Of a DNA stretch of 64,000 bases, positions 9,357-18,622 are shown piece after piece (positions within the stretch are counted from its first letter, which is position 1; every line of letters begins with the position of its first letter). The translations under genes and the position numbers were made by a program. The notes beneath the pieces were generated by a model. That model did no database searches, was not told the origin of the DNA, and worked only from the letters and a program-made list of their open reading frames with translations. This DNA comes from an uncultured Alphaproteobacteria bacterium (lineage in GTDB: Bacteria > Pseudomonadota > Alphaproteobacteria > HIMB59 > GCA-002718135), in the NCBI GenBank assembly GCA_902518705.1, contig CABYHW010000005.1, positions 1,101 through 65,100 on the forward strand, in the 5' to 3' direction.

Positions 9357-10373
9357 ATGTTTGCGGGTGAAGTTGATTTAAAAACTTGGTATAAACCAAA
9401 AATAGATAAGAAAACTTTAAAGGAACTTTCTAAGAGATCGGATATAAAAGGTTTATTAGATATATCTATATTTATTGTTGCTCTAATATTATGTGGATAT
9501 CTATGTATTTTAAGTTGGGGTACTTTATGGTTAATACCTGCTCTTTTGCTTTATGGAAATATTTTCTATTGTAAGATCATAAGCATTCAACATGAAACAA
9601 ATCACGAAACATATTTTAAAACAAGAGCGTTAAATAAATTTTTTTATCATATAACTTCTTTACTCGGTGGTTTTGAAGCAGTTAGATGGAAGTGGAGTCA
9701 TTTTCATCACCATACTTACACTATATTTACACATGAAGAGGTCTACGATTATGAAAATAATAGTCCAAAACCAACAGAACCTGTAAGATTTCTTTTAAAT
9801 TTTTTACCTCTTGGTCCAATAATTAATATTCAAAAAATAAGACATTTTACACATTTTGAAATTATTAAACATTCATTTGGGATAATTACTCCTGTTGTAA
9901 AAGTTACAGTACCTGAAAAGGAGATAAAAAAAATTATTAATAGTTCAAGATTATATTTAAGTTTTTGGTTGCTTGTAATTTTATGTTCAGTTTTGTTACA
10001 ATCATGGCTACCAATAATAATGATAATTTTACCTCCATTTTATGGTAATACTATATTAATGATATGCGGCATGACTCAACATGCTGGACTAGCTGATAAT
10101 ATTAAAGATCATAGAAAAAGTACAAGAACCGTTATTATGAATCCCTTTTTTAGTTTTTTGTATTCAAATATGGAGTATCATATTGAGCACCACATTTTCC
10201 CAAAAATCCCTTGCCATAATCTAAAAAAATTTCACAAAATAGTTAAAAATCAAATGCCAGAACCTCATAACGGAATAATTTCTGCTTATAGATCAATAAT
10301 CCCAGCAATATTTAAGCAATCTAAAGATAAAAATTATTTTATTGATGTGAAGGTTCCAGATACGACAATTTAG
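9357..10373 (+). CDS. Membrane histidine-box di-iron oxygenase (fatty acid desaturase family), paralogue 2
   Basis: His boxes HETNH, HFHHH and HIEHH. Collinear similarity to 5915-6901 along the whole length. Confidence 0.8.
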   Translation: MFAGEVDLKTWYKPKIDKKTLKELSKRSDIKGLLDISIFIVALILCGYLCILSWGTLWLIPALLLYGNIFYCKIISIQHETNHETYFKTRALNKFFYHITSLLGGFEAVRWKWSHFHHHTYTIFTHEEVYDYENNSPKPTEPVRFLLNFLPLGPIINIQKIRHFTHFEIIKHSFGIITPVVKVTVPEKEIKKIINSSRLYLSFWLLVILCSVLLQSWLPIIMIILPPFYGNTILMICGMTQHAGLADNIKDHRKSTRTVIMNPFFSFLYSNMEYHIEHHIFPKIPCHNLKKFHKIVKNQMPEPHNGIISAYRSIIPAIFKQSKDKNYFIDVKVPDTTI

Positions 10374-10411
10374 TCTCTTTTTTTTTATTCAAAATATACT
10401 ATAGATATATT

Positions 10412-11416
10412 ATGGTAAATCAATTAAATGATAGTGATTTTGGTACAAGGGATAAAAGAGGTCATTGGAAACCATTTGGTACAATAAGTATTAACCCACC
10501 TAAAGATATATTTTTTAACCCTATAAAATTTTTTAAGTATTTTTTTAAATTTCCGGGGATTTTTTTCCCATGGACCTTTGTCTTTGCAGCAATAACAGTT
10601 GCTACATATCTTTTTTTGACTCCTTCTTTAGAGACAATGAAGACTTTTGAAATAGGATGGATATCATATATATTTTTCAGAAATGCAGTTATTATTTTAC
10701 TTTGGACAGGCTTCTTTCATTTAAGACTGAAGACACAAGGAACTTCATTTAAATATAACCCACGACCTCTAGAAAAAAATAACTCAACTTTTTTATTTAA
10801 TGATCAGACTAAAGATAACTTATTCTATACTTTTTGTAGTGCCATTCCATTATGGACAGCTTATGAAGTAATTACATTCTGGGCATTTGCAAATCAAATT
10901 ATCCCGTATGTAAGCTGGGAGGCGTATCCAATATATTGTTGTTTTATGTTCTTTCTTGTTCCATTTATAAGAGACGCACATTTTTACTTAACTCATAGAC
11001 TATTGCACTGGGCACCACTTTATAAAATTGCACATAAAGTACACCACCGTAATACTAATACAGGTGCTTGGTCAGGTATGTCTATGCATCCAATAGAGCA
11101 CATACTATATTTTTCAGGTATCTTAGTTCATTGGATAATCCCTTCACATCCTCTTGTTGCCATGTATCATGTATTTCATGCTGGTTTAGCACCTACACCT
11201 GGACATACAGGATATGAAAAAATGACTTTCAAAAATGGTGTATCAATTCCAACAGGTGATTATATGCATTATATTCATCATAAATATTTTGAATGCAATT
11301 ACTCAGGTGGAAATACTAGTTTCTTAGATAAACTAATGGGCACGTTCCATGATGGATCTGAAGAGGCAACAAAAGAAGTAATGGCTCGTATCAAAGATAA
11401 AGCCCATTACCTCTAA
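10412..11416 (+). CDS. Fatty acid hydroxylase / sterol desaturase superfamily membrane protein
   Basis: His motifs HRLLH, HKVHHR and HYIHHKYF, with several TM helices. Confidence 0.75.
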   Translation: MVNQLNDSDFGTRDKRGHWKPFGTISINPPKDIFFNPIKFFKYFFKFPGIFFPWTFVFAAITVATYLFLTPSLETMKTFEIGWISYIFFRNAVIILLWTGFFHLRLKTQGTSFKYNPRPLEKNNSTFLFNDQTKDNLFYTFCSAIPLWTAYEVITFWAFANQIIPYVSWEAYPIYCCFMFFLVPFIRDAHFYLTHRLLHWAPLYKIAHKVHHRNTNTGAWSGMSMHPIEHILYFSGILVHWIIPSHPLVAMYHVFHAGLAPTPGHTGYEKMTFKNGVSIPTGDYMHYIHHKYFECNYSGGNTSFLDKLMGTFHDGSEEATKEVMARIKDKAHYL

Positions 11417-11460
11417 ACTTACCTTCATAAATATTAATTTTTATTATATTGATCTAAAAT

Positions 11461-12336
11461 ATGAGTAAGGTCGAATTATATAAAGATGTAAAAAATAGTT
11501 TAGGAGAAGGTATTACTTGGTCTTCAATTGATCAAAGTTTACTTTGGGTAGATATAAAACCAAAATCAGTTTTATTCAGAATTAATTTAGATAACGTAAA
11601 ATTAGAAACTTTTGATTTACCTGATTTTGTAACAGCGACGTCAATAATCTCAGAAAATGAAATTGCTTTAGTCTCAAATAATGGCGTAAATAAATTTAAC
11701 TTTCAATCTAAAAAATATGAAAGAATAATTAATGTTGAAGATGATATTGCAACAAATAGATCTAATGACGGTGCATCAGATGCTAAAGGTAGACTTTGGT
11801 TTGGGACGATGCAAAATAATTTTAATCAAGATGGAAGTGCAAAATCTTTAAATGCTAAATCTGGTAGTTTATATTGTCTATCTGATAATAAGGTAAATAT
11901 TGTTGAAACAAATCTAGGTATACCTAATACATTTGTTTGGAGTCCAGATAACACGAAATTTTATTTTGCCGATACAACTGAGGGATCATTACTAGAATAC
12001 AATTTTAACCTAGATGAAGGTAGTTTGTCAGACAAAAAAAACTTCTTCGATTTTGATAGAGGTGCTCCAGATGGATCAACTATTGATAGTGATGGTTTTA
12101 TTTGGAATTGTCGTTGGGGTGGATCATGTGTAGTGAGAATAGACCCCAAAGGAAGAATAGATAAAATTTACGAACTGCCTGTTGAAAATGTAACAAATTG
12201 TGTATTTGGAGGAAGTGATCTTAAAACTTTATTTATTACAAGTGCTACTAATTCAGGTAAAAATCAATATGATGGTAGTTTATTTGCATTAAATGTTAAT
12301 GTACCTGGCCTTGAAGATAATAAATTTAAAATTTGA
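11461..12336 (+). CDS. SMP-30/gluconolactonase/LRE-family lactonase
   Basis: 291 aa, beta-propeller-like. LGEGITWS near the N-terminus and PDGSTIDSDG / NCVFGG motifs typical of sugar lactonases. Confidence 0.75.
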   Translation: MSKVELYKDVKNSLGEGITWSSIDQSLLWVDIKPKSVLFRINLDNVKLETFDLPDFVTATSIISENEIALVSNNGVNKFNFQSKKYERIINVEDDIATNRSNDGASDAKGRLWFGTMQNNFNQDGSAKSLNAKSGSLYCLSDNKVNIVETNLGIPNTFVWSPDNTKFYFADTTEGSLLEYNFNLDEGSLSDKKNFFDFDRGAPDGSTIDSDGFIWNCRWGGSCVVRIDPKGRIDKIYELPVENVTNCVFGGSDLKTLFITSATNSGKNQYDGSLFALNVNVPGLEDNKFKI

Positions 12337-12368
12337 TTTTTTACTTTAATTAGCTAAAACTTTCACAC

Positions 12369-14102
12369 ATGAATAAAAAAAATAAATTTAGATCTTCTAA
12401 TTGGTATAATTCTAAATCACATCGAAGAGATACATTTATTCACAGAGGCTGGATGAGAAATCAAGGTCATCCAAATCATTTGTTTGATGGTCGTCCTGTA
12501 ATTGGAATTTGTAATACTTGGTCAGAATTAACTCCATGTAATGGTCATTTCAGAGAGATAGCAGAGTCTGTTAAAAAAGGTGTTTATGAAGCTGGCGGTT
12601 TTCCTCTTGAATTCCCTGTTTTTTCAGCAAGTGAATCCAATTTAAGACCTACAGCTATGTTGTTTAGAAATTTAGCAAGTATGGATGTTGAAGAGGCGAT
12701 AAGGGGCAATCCAATAGACGGAGTCGTATTATTAATGGGGTGTGATAAAACAACACCTTCATTAATGATGGGAGCTGCTAGTGTAGATCTTCCCACAATA
12801 GGTGTTTCAGGCGGCCCAATGCTTAATGGACATCATCAAGGTGAAACAATAGGTTCTGGCACTGGTGTTTGGAAACTTGATGCAGATTTAAACGCTGGTG
12901 TAATTACAGAAGAAGATTTTATTAATGCAGAAATTTCAATGAGTAGATCAAAAGGTAATTGTATGACTATGGGTACTGCATCTACAATGGGATCAATGGT
13001 GGAAGCATTAGGGATGTCGCTACCCGGAAATGCTGCGATACCTGCAGTTGACTCAAGAAGATATGCTTTAGCTCATATGTCAGGGAAAAGAATTGTTGAA
13101 ATGGTTAAGGAAGATATAACTATGTCAAAAGTTGTTACAAAAAAATCATTTGAAAATGCAATCAAGGTCAATGGAGCAATAGGGGGATCTACAAATGCAG
13201 TTATCCATCTAGCTGCAATCGCAGGTCGAATGGAAATAGATTTAGATTTAGAAGATTGGAATAAATGTGGAGATGGCATTCCAACATTAGTTAATCTACA
13301 ACCTTCTGGAAAATACTTAATGGAAGATTTTTATTATGCAGGTGGTGTTCCTGTAGTTATAAAAAGATTAATGGAAAAAAATCTATTAGAAGAAAATGAA
13401 ATGACTGTTAATGGAAAAACTATAGCTGAGAATAATATGAATGCAAAATGTTGGAACAATGAAGTTATCAAAGAATTTGAAAATCCATTAACAAAAAATG
13501 GAGGGATTAAAATTCTCAGGGGTAATATTGCTCCAAATGGTGCAATTATTAAACCATCAGCAGCATCGCCTGAATTAATGAAACATACTGGAAAAGCTAT
13601 AGTTTTTGAAAGCGTAGAAGAGTTTCATGAAAAGATTGATGATCCTAATTTAGAAGTTGATGAAAATTCAATATTAGTTTTAAAAAACTGTGGGCCGAAA
13701 GGTTATCCTGGTATGGCCGAAGTTGGAAATATGAGACTACCACAAAAAGTACTTAAGAAAGGTGTGAGAGACATGATTCGAATATCTGATGCTAGAATGA
13801 GTGGAACAGCATATGGTACAGTAATACTTCATACAGCTCCAGAAGCTGCTGTTAAAGGTCCTTTAGCAGCGGTTCAAAATGGTGATGAAATAGAAGTTGA
13901 TGTTGATCAAGGTACAATGAATTTAAAAGTTGATGATGAAACAATAAAAAAACGTTTGGAAAATTATTCACCTGTTGTTCCAGAAATCACAGGTGGTTAT
14001 CAAAAAATGTATGTAGAACATGTAATGCAAGCTGACAAAGGAGCAGATTTAGATTTTCTAATTGGAAAAAGAGGTGCTGAAGTAAAAAGACATAGCCATT
14101 AA
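12369..14102 (+). CDS. IlvD/Edd-family dehydratase (probably a sugar-acid/pentonate dehydratase rather than IlvD)
   Basis: GCDKTTPS and GNCMTMGTAS Fe-S cluster region, and SDARMSGT. 577 aa. It sits next to a lactonase rather than branched-chain amino-acid genes. Confidence 0.8.
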   Translation: MNKKNKFRSSNWYNSKSHRRDTFIHRGWMRNQGHPNHLFDGRPVIGICNTWSELTPCNGHFREIAESVKKGVYEAGGFPLEFPVFSASESNLRPTAMLFRNLASMDVEEAIRGNPIDGVVLLMGCDKTTPSLMMGAASVDLPTIGVSGGPMLNGHHQGETIGSGTGVWKLDADLNAGVITEEDFINAEISMSRSKGNCMTMGTASTMGSMVEALGMSLPGNAAIPAVDSRRYALAHMSGKRIVEMVKEDITMSKVVTKKSFENAIKVNGAIGGSTNAVIHLAAIAGRMEIDLDLEDWNKCGDGIPTLVNLQPSGKYLMEDFYYAGGVPVVIKRLMEKNLLEENEMTVNGKTIAENNMNAKCWNNEVIKEFENPLTKNGGIKILRGNIAPNGAIIKPSAASPELMKHTGKAIVFESVEEFHEKIDDPNLEVDENSILVLKNCGPKGYPGMAEVGNMRLPQKVLKKGVRDMIRISDARMSGTAYGTVILHTAPEAAVKGPLAAVQNGDEIEVDVDQGTMNLKVDDETIKKRLENYSPVVPEITGGYQKMYVEHVMQADKGADLDFLIGKRGAEVKRHSH

Positions 14103-14112
14103 ATTAATTTTT

Positions 14113-15483
14113 TTATAAATCAAAAACCTTACCAGGATTTAAAATATTATTTGGATCAAAACTTTTCTTTATCAATTTCATTAATTGAATATTATCTGGG
14201 TGTTGTTTTAATAAATACTCTTTCTTTTGAAGACCTATACCGTGCTCGCCCGTTATAGTTCCATCCATTTCTAGCGCTTTATCAATTAATTTATTACTAA
14301 ATGATCTAATATATTTATATTCATTTTCTTTACCAGGATCATAGATAATAGATACATGAAAGTTTCCATCACCTACATGACCAACCATTGGTGCCTTTAA
14401 TCCAGTGTCTCTAAGTTCTGTTTCTGCAAATTTAATACATTCCACAATGTTTGAAATAGGTACACAAACATCAGTGACATAAACTCTAATGTTATCTCCT
14501 TCTGCTTTTACTGAATAATATACATTATGCCTTGCTTTCCAGATTTTGTTTCTTTCTTCTGTGTTTGCTGCCCACTTAAATTCACTGCCATTATTATTTT
14601 TTGAAATTTCTTCCACTACATCAATCGATTCTTTATTTGAATTTTCACTCCCATGAAACTCATAGAAAAGTGTAGGCAAACTTTCTAAATTTTCTAACTT
14701 TGAATATTTAATACTTATATCCATTTGATCTTTATTTAATAATTCTACTCTTGCAATTGGAACACCATACTGAATTATTTCTTGTGCCGTTAAAACAGCA
14801 GAGTCTAGATCTGGGAATTGACAAACAGCGCTAATGATACTTTCAGGTATAGGGGATAACCTTAGATGAACCTCAGTAATTATCCCAAGTGTTCCTTCTG
14901 AACCAACAAAAAGATTTGTTAAATTATATCCCGCAGAAGTTTTTTTTGCTCTACTTCCTGTTTTAATTATATCGCCATTCGCCATTACAACGGTTAAACC
15001 AAGAACACTTGTACGCATTGTTCCATACCTAACTGCCATCGTTCCTGAAGCAGAGCAGGCTGCCATACCCCCAAGAGAAGCGTTTGCACCTGGATCTATT
15101 GGAAAAAAAACCCCTTTATCTTTTAAAGTTTCATTTAATTGTTCCCTAGTTACATTTGCTTGTACTCGACAATCAAAATCAGCTTCATTTATTGAAATAA
15201 TTTTGTTAAAATTTTCCATTGAAACTGTAAAACCTTCATCATTTCCAACGACATGACCTTCTAATGATGTTCCTGTACCATAAGCAGTTACTGGTACTTT
15301 AAATTCATTACAAATTTTTATTATTTTTGAGAGTTCTTCATTATTATTTGGAAATAAAACTGCTCTAGGTAGAACAGGATCGTAAGCGTCCTCACCTTTT
15401 GCATGATTATTTCTTACACTTTCTGAAAATGATATTCTTTCTTGTAAAATATCTTTTAAATTGTCTAATAATCCTCTATCCAT
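14113..15483 (-). CDS. FAD-linked oxidase (GlcD / D-lactate dehydrogenase family)
   Basis: PCMH-type FAD-binding region with YGTGTSLEGH. C-terminal GEHGIG motif. 456 aa. Confidence 0.8.
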   Translation of the reverse strand: MDRGLLDNLKDILQERISFSESVRNNHAKGEDAYDPVLPRAVLFPNNNEELSKIIKICNEFKVPVTAYGTGTSLEGHVVGNDEGFTVSMENFNKIISINEADFDCRVQANVTREQLNETLKDKGVFFPIDPGANASLGGMAACSASGTMAVRYGTMRTSVLGLTVVMANGDIIKTGSRAKKTSAGYNLTNLFVGSEGTLGIITEVHLRLSPIPESIISAVCQFPDLDSAVLTAQEIIQYGVPIARVELLNKDQMDISIKYSKLENLESLPTLFYEFHGSENSNKESIDVVEEISKNNNGSEFKWAANTEERNKIWKARHNVYYSVKAEGDNIRVYVTDVCVPISNIVECIKFAETELRDTGLKAPMVGHVGDGNFHVSIIYDPGKENEYKYIRSFSNKLIDKALEMDGTITGEHGIGLQKKEYLLKQHPDNIQLMKLIKKSFDPNNILNPGKVFDL

Positions 15484-15516
15484 TAATTAATAATATTAAA
15501 TATTCAATAAAAGTAA

Positions 15517-16515
15517 ATGAATACCACAGCATTAGAATTAAAAAATATATATGATTTAGCATATAAAGCACTATCAGCCCATGGATGTGATCATTTCAAT
15601 GCTGATTCTGTAGCAACAACAGTTTCACATGCTGAAAGAGATGGAAGTGTTTCTCATGGATTGTTTCGTATTCCTGGTTATGTAGCTTCTCTAAAAAGTA
15701 AAAAAGTAAATGGAGTTTCGCGACCTTCTAATACTTATCTTACACAAAATGCAATTCGTGTTGAAGGTGATTATGGGTTTGCTCCTGTAGGAATAAAAGT
15801 TGGCTTGCCTGAATTGATAAAAACGACAAATAAACATGGTGTTGGTGTTTTAACTATTACTAACACACACCACTTTGCAGCATTATGGCATGAAACTGAA
15901 GCGTTAGCTGAAAATAATTTAATTGGAATTGCTTGTACTGCATATAAGCCAAGTGTAGCTCCAGCAGGTGCAAAAAAACCACTATTTGGAACCAATCCAA
16001 TATCATTTGCTTGGCCAAGAAAAAATAATACTCCTGTCGTTTACGATATGGCAACTTCCACAATGGCAATGGGAGAAGTTCAAGTTGCAGCAAGAGATGG
16101 TCATAAAGTTCCTTTTGGAACAGGTTTAAATAAAGAAGGAGAAAAAACTGATGATCCATCACAAATTGCTAATGGAGGAGTTCTTCTAACTTTTGGTGAT
16201 TATAAAGGTTCTGCTATAGCAATGATGATTGAGTTATTAGCTGCAGGTTTAGTAGGAGATTTATTTAGCTTTGAAGCTAAAGAAGAAGATAATAATGATG
16301 GCGGTCCTGCAAGAGGAGGTGAATTTATGATGGCTTTATCTCCTGAACTTATAGCAGGGAAAAATTGGAACGAACATGCTGAGAAATTTTTTGAACAAAT
16401 GACATCTTTAGACGGTGTGCGTTTACCTGGACAACGAAGACATACTAATAGGCAAGATAAAGGTCCAAGACAAGTTAATTCAGAGCTAATAGAAAAGATA
16501 AAGAGTCTAACCTAA
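15517..16515 (+). CDS. Ldh2-family (type 2 malate/L-lactate dehydrogenase) oxidoreductase
   Basis: SHGLFRIPGY and FGTNPISFA motifs typical of the Ldh2 family. 332 aa. Confidence 0.75.
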   Translation: MNTTALELKNIYDLAYKALSAHGCDHFNADSVATTVSHAERDGSVSHGLFRIPGYVASLKSKKVNGVSRPSNTYLTQNAIRVEGDYGFAPVGIKVGLPELIKTTNKHGVGVLTITNTHHFAALWHETEALAENNLIGIACTAYKPSVAPAGAKKPLFGTNPISFAWPRKNNTPVVYDMATSTMAMGEVQVAARDGHKVPFGTGLNKEGEKTDDPSQIANGGVLLTFGDYKGSAIAMMIELLAAGLVGDLFSFEAKEEDNNDGGPARGGEFMMALSPELIAGKNWNEHAEKFFEQMTSLDGVRLPGQRRHTNRQDKGPRQVNSELIEKIKSLT

Positions 16516-16522
16516 TCCAGTT

Positions 16523-17713
16523 ATGGATAATATTAAGTTAGATTTTCAAAAACATATTGATGCTGGCAGATGTAATGGAGCTGAATGGATAATAAATCAT
16601 AAAAATAACATTTATCATGAAGTAATTGGTTACAAAGATTTGGAGTTAAAAAATAAACTCAATAAAAATTCATATTATAGAATTTGGTCAATGACAAAGC
16701 CAATTATTGGTTTTACTGCAATGCAATTAATTGAAAAAAATTTCTTATCTCTTGATGATACTATAGATAAGCATTTATCTGATTTTAAAAATTTAAAAAA
16801 ACTTAGTAGTATTGAGAGTAGCTTAAACAATACAACTTCTATAGAAAATAAGCCTACAGTTAGACAACTTTTACAACATACAGCAGGCTTTACATATAAC
16901 AGTTGTGATAATTTTTTAGCTAAAGAATATGAGGATAGACATTTATTTCATTCTGCATCTTCAAGTTTGGAGGAAGAGATAAGTAAAATTTCTGAATTAC
17001 CTCTGTTATATGAACCTGGTTCAAAATGGCATTATTCTATATCTATTGATGTTTTAGCCAAAATTATAGAAGTTGTAACAAAAGATAAAATTTTTGACGT
17101 TTTAAACGAAAATATTTTTTTACCTTTAGAAATGAATAATACAAATTTTTATATTGATGAAAATAGTAATAGTCAGTTAGTTGAAACATTTGAATATAAT
17201 AGTGATAAATTAAAACTAACAAATTTAAATTACGATAAAAGAAAGTTAATATTATACGGGTATCCAACAAATAATAAAAATTATTCCAGAGGAGGCCATG
17301 GTTTGTTTTCTACAGCTGAAGATTATGAAAAATTTGCTACAATGCTTATCGATGGTAAAAATAAAAATGGAAAAGAGCTCATTAATTCTCAAAGTTTAGA
17401 ATTAATGCGAAATAATTCTTTAAATAAAGAGTTATTTCCAATTGAAATCACATCAATTAATACAAATAAAGATGAAGATTATGAAAATGATCTAGATGGA
17501 TATGGTTGGGGTTTAGGATTTAGAGTTTTAATGAATAATACCTCTCAAAATAAGTTAGGTCCAGTTGGAGAATTTGGATGGTCAGGCTATGCCGCTACTT
17601 ATTTTTTGGCAGATCCAAAAAATAGTTTGTCAGCTGTTTTAATGATGCAAATTTTAGATGCAGATAAGAATATTAAAAAAGATTTTTACAATAATATTTT
17701 TAAAAATCTTTAA
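16523..17713 (+). CDS. Serine hydrolase (beta-lactamase/transpeptidase-like, class C/esterase type), cytoplasmic
   Basis: SxxK nucleophile motif (WSMTKP). 396 aa. No signal peptide. Confidence 0.7.
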   Translation: MDNIKLDFQKHIDAGRCNGAEWIINHKNNIYHEVIGYKDLELKNKLNKNSYYRIWSMTKPIIGFTAMQLIEKNFLSLDDTIDKHLSDFKNLKKLSSIESSLNNTTSIENKPTVRQLLQHTAGFTYNSCDNFLAKEYEDRHLFHSASSSLEEEISKISELPLLYEPGSKWHYSISIDVLAKIIEVVTKDKIFDVLNENIFLPLEMNNTNFYIDENSNSQLVETFEYNSDKLKLTNLNYDKRKLILYGYPTNNKNYSRGGHGLFSTAEDYEKFATMLIDGKNKNGKELINSQSLELMRNNSLNKELFPIEITSINTNKDEDYENDLDGYGWGLGFRVLMNNTSQNKLGPVGEFGWSGYAATYFLADPKNSLSAVLMMQILDADKNIKKDFYNNIFKNL

Positions 17714-18573
17714 TGAACATGAAATCAAATCCATATACCTATGGAATAGTATTAACACTTTTAACTTATTTATCGTTTGGTATTTTGGATACAATTCAAA
17801 AAACAGCAGTTCAATATCACTCTGTTTTTGTATTATTATTTGTTAAATTTACTTTCTGTTTTGTTTTTTCTTTTTTTATTGCCAAAAAAAATAAAGTTAA
17901 AAAATTTTATCTTTCAAATAATTACAAGATACAGATAACTAGATGTATTTTATCTGTATGTGAATCTTGTTTTTTTGTATTGTCTTTTAGGCACTTAGCT
18001 CTGGCAGATGCTCACACAATAGGATCTTTAGCCCCTATTTTAGTTTTAGTTTTTTCTTATTTTATTTTAAAAGAAAAAATAAATGTAGCCACTTGGTTAG
18101 CAATTTTCATTAGTTTTTGTGGAGTTATTCTAATTATGCGACCTGGACTAACTATATTTAATCCATATCTAATTATCCCATTATGTGCTGCTTTTTTCTA
18201 TTCACTATTTCAAATAGCAACAAGATTAAATGCTAAGTATGATGATAATGAAACTATGTTATTCTACAATGGCCTTATAGGTGCTATCATTACATTTGTT
18301 CTATCATTTTTTTTCTGGCAACCTCTACATTCATTTTCTTTTATCTTTTTTATTTTTTTGGGTATCTTTTTTTGTACTGGTTTATTTTTACAAATTAAAG
18401 CATTGAGTGTTACGCCTGCAAGTATTTTAGCGCCTTATAATTATACTATAATTGTTTGGGGAATAATTTTTGGCTTATTAGTGTATGGAGAAATCCCAGA
18501 TATATTTACAATAATAGGAGCAATCATTATTGTTTCATCAGGAATATTTATATTTAGATATTCTTACAAGTAG
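17713..18573 (+). CDS. DMT-superfamily (EamA-like) transporter
   Basis: About 10 TM helices in two repeated halves. 286 aa. 1-nt overlap with the upstream gene. Confidence 0.75.
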   Translation: MNMKSNPYTYGIVLTLLTYLSFGILDTIQKTAVQYHSVFVLLFVKFTFCFVFSFFIAKKNKVKKFYLSNNYKIQITRCILSVCESCFFVLSFRHLALADAHTIGSLAPILVLVFSYFILKEKINVATWLAIFISFCGVILIMRPGLTIFNPYLIIPLCAAFFYSLFQIATRLNAKYDDNETMLFYNGLIGAIITFVLSFFFWQPLHSFSFIFFIFLGIFFCTGLFLQIKALSVTPASILAPYNYTIIVWGIIFGLLVYGEIPDIFTIIGAIIIVSSGIFIFRYSYK

Positions 18574-18622
18574 TTTGAATTTCTTTGTATCAATTAAAAA
18601 ATTAATGTAATAAATTTACTCT

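Noticed and set aside
17658-17846. 62-aa plus-strand ORF spanning the serine-hydrolase/DMT junction.
   Set aside because: It is out of frame with both real genes and fully covered by them, and has no independent RBS. It is an artefact.
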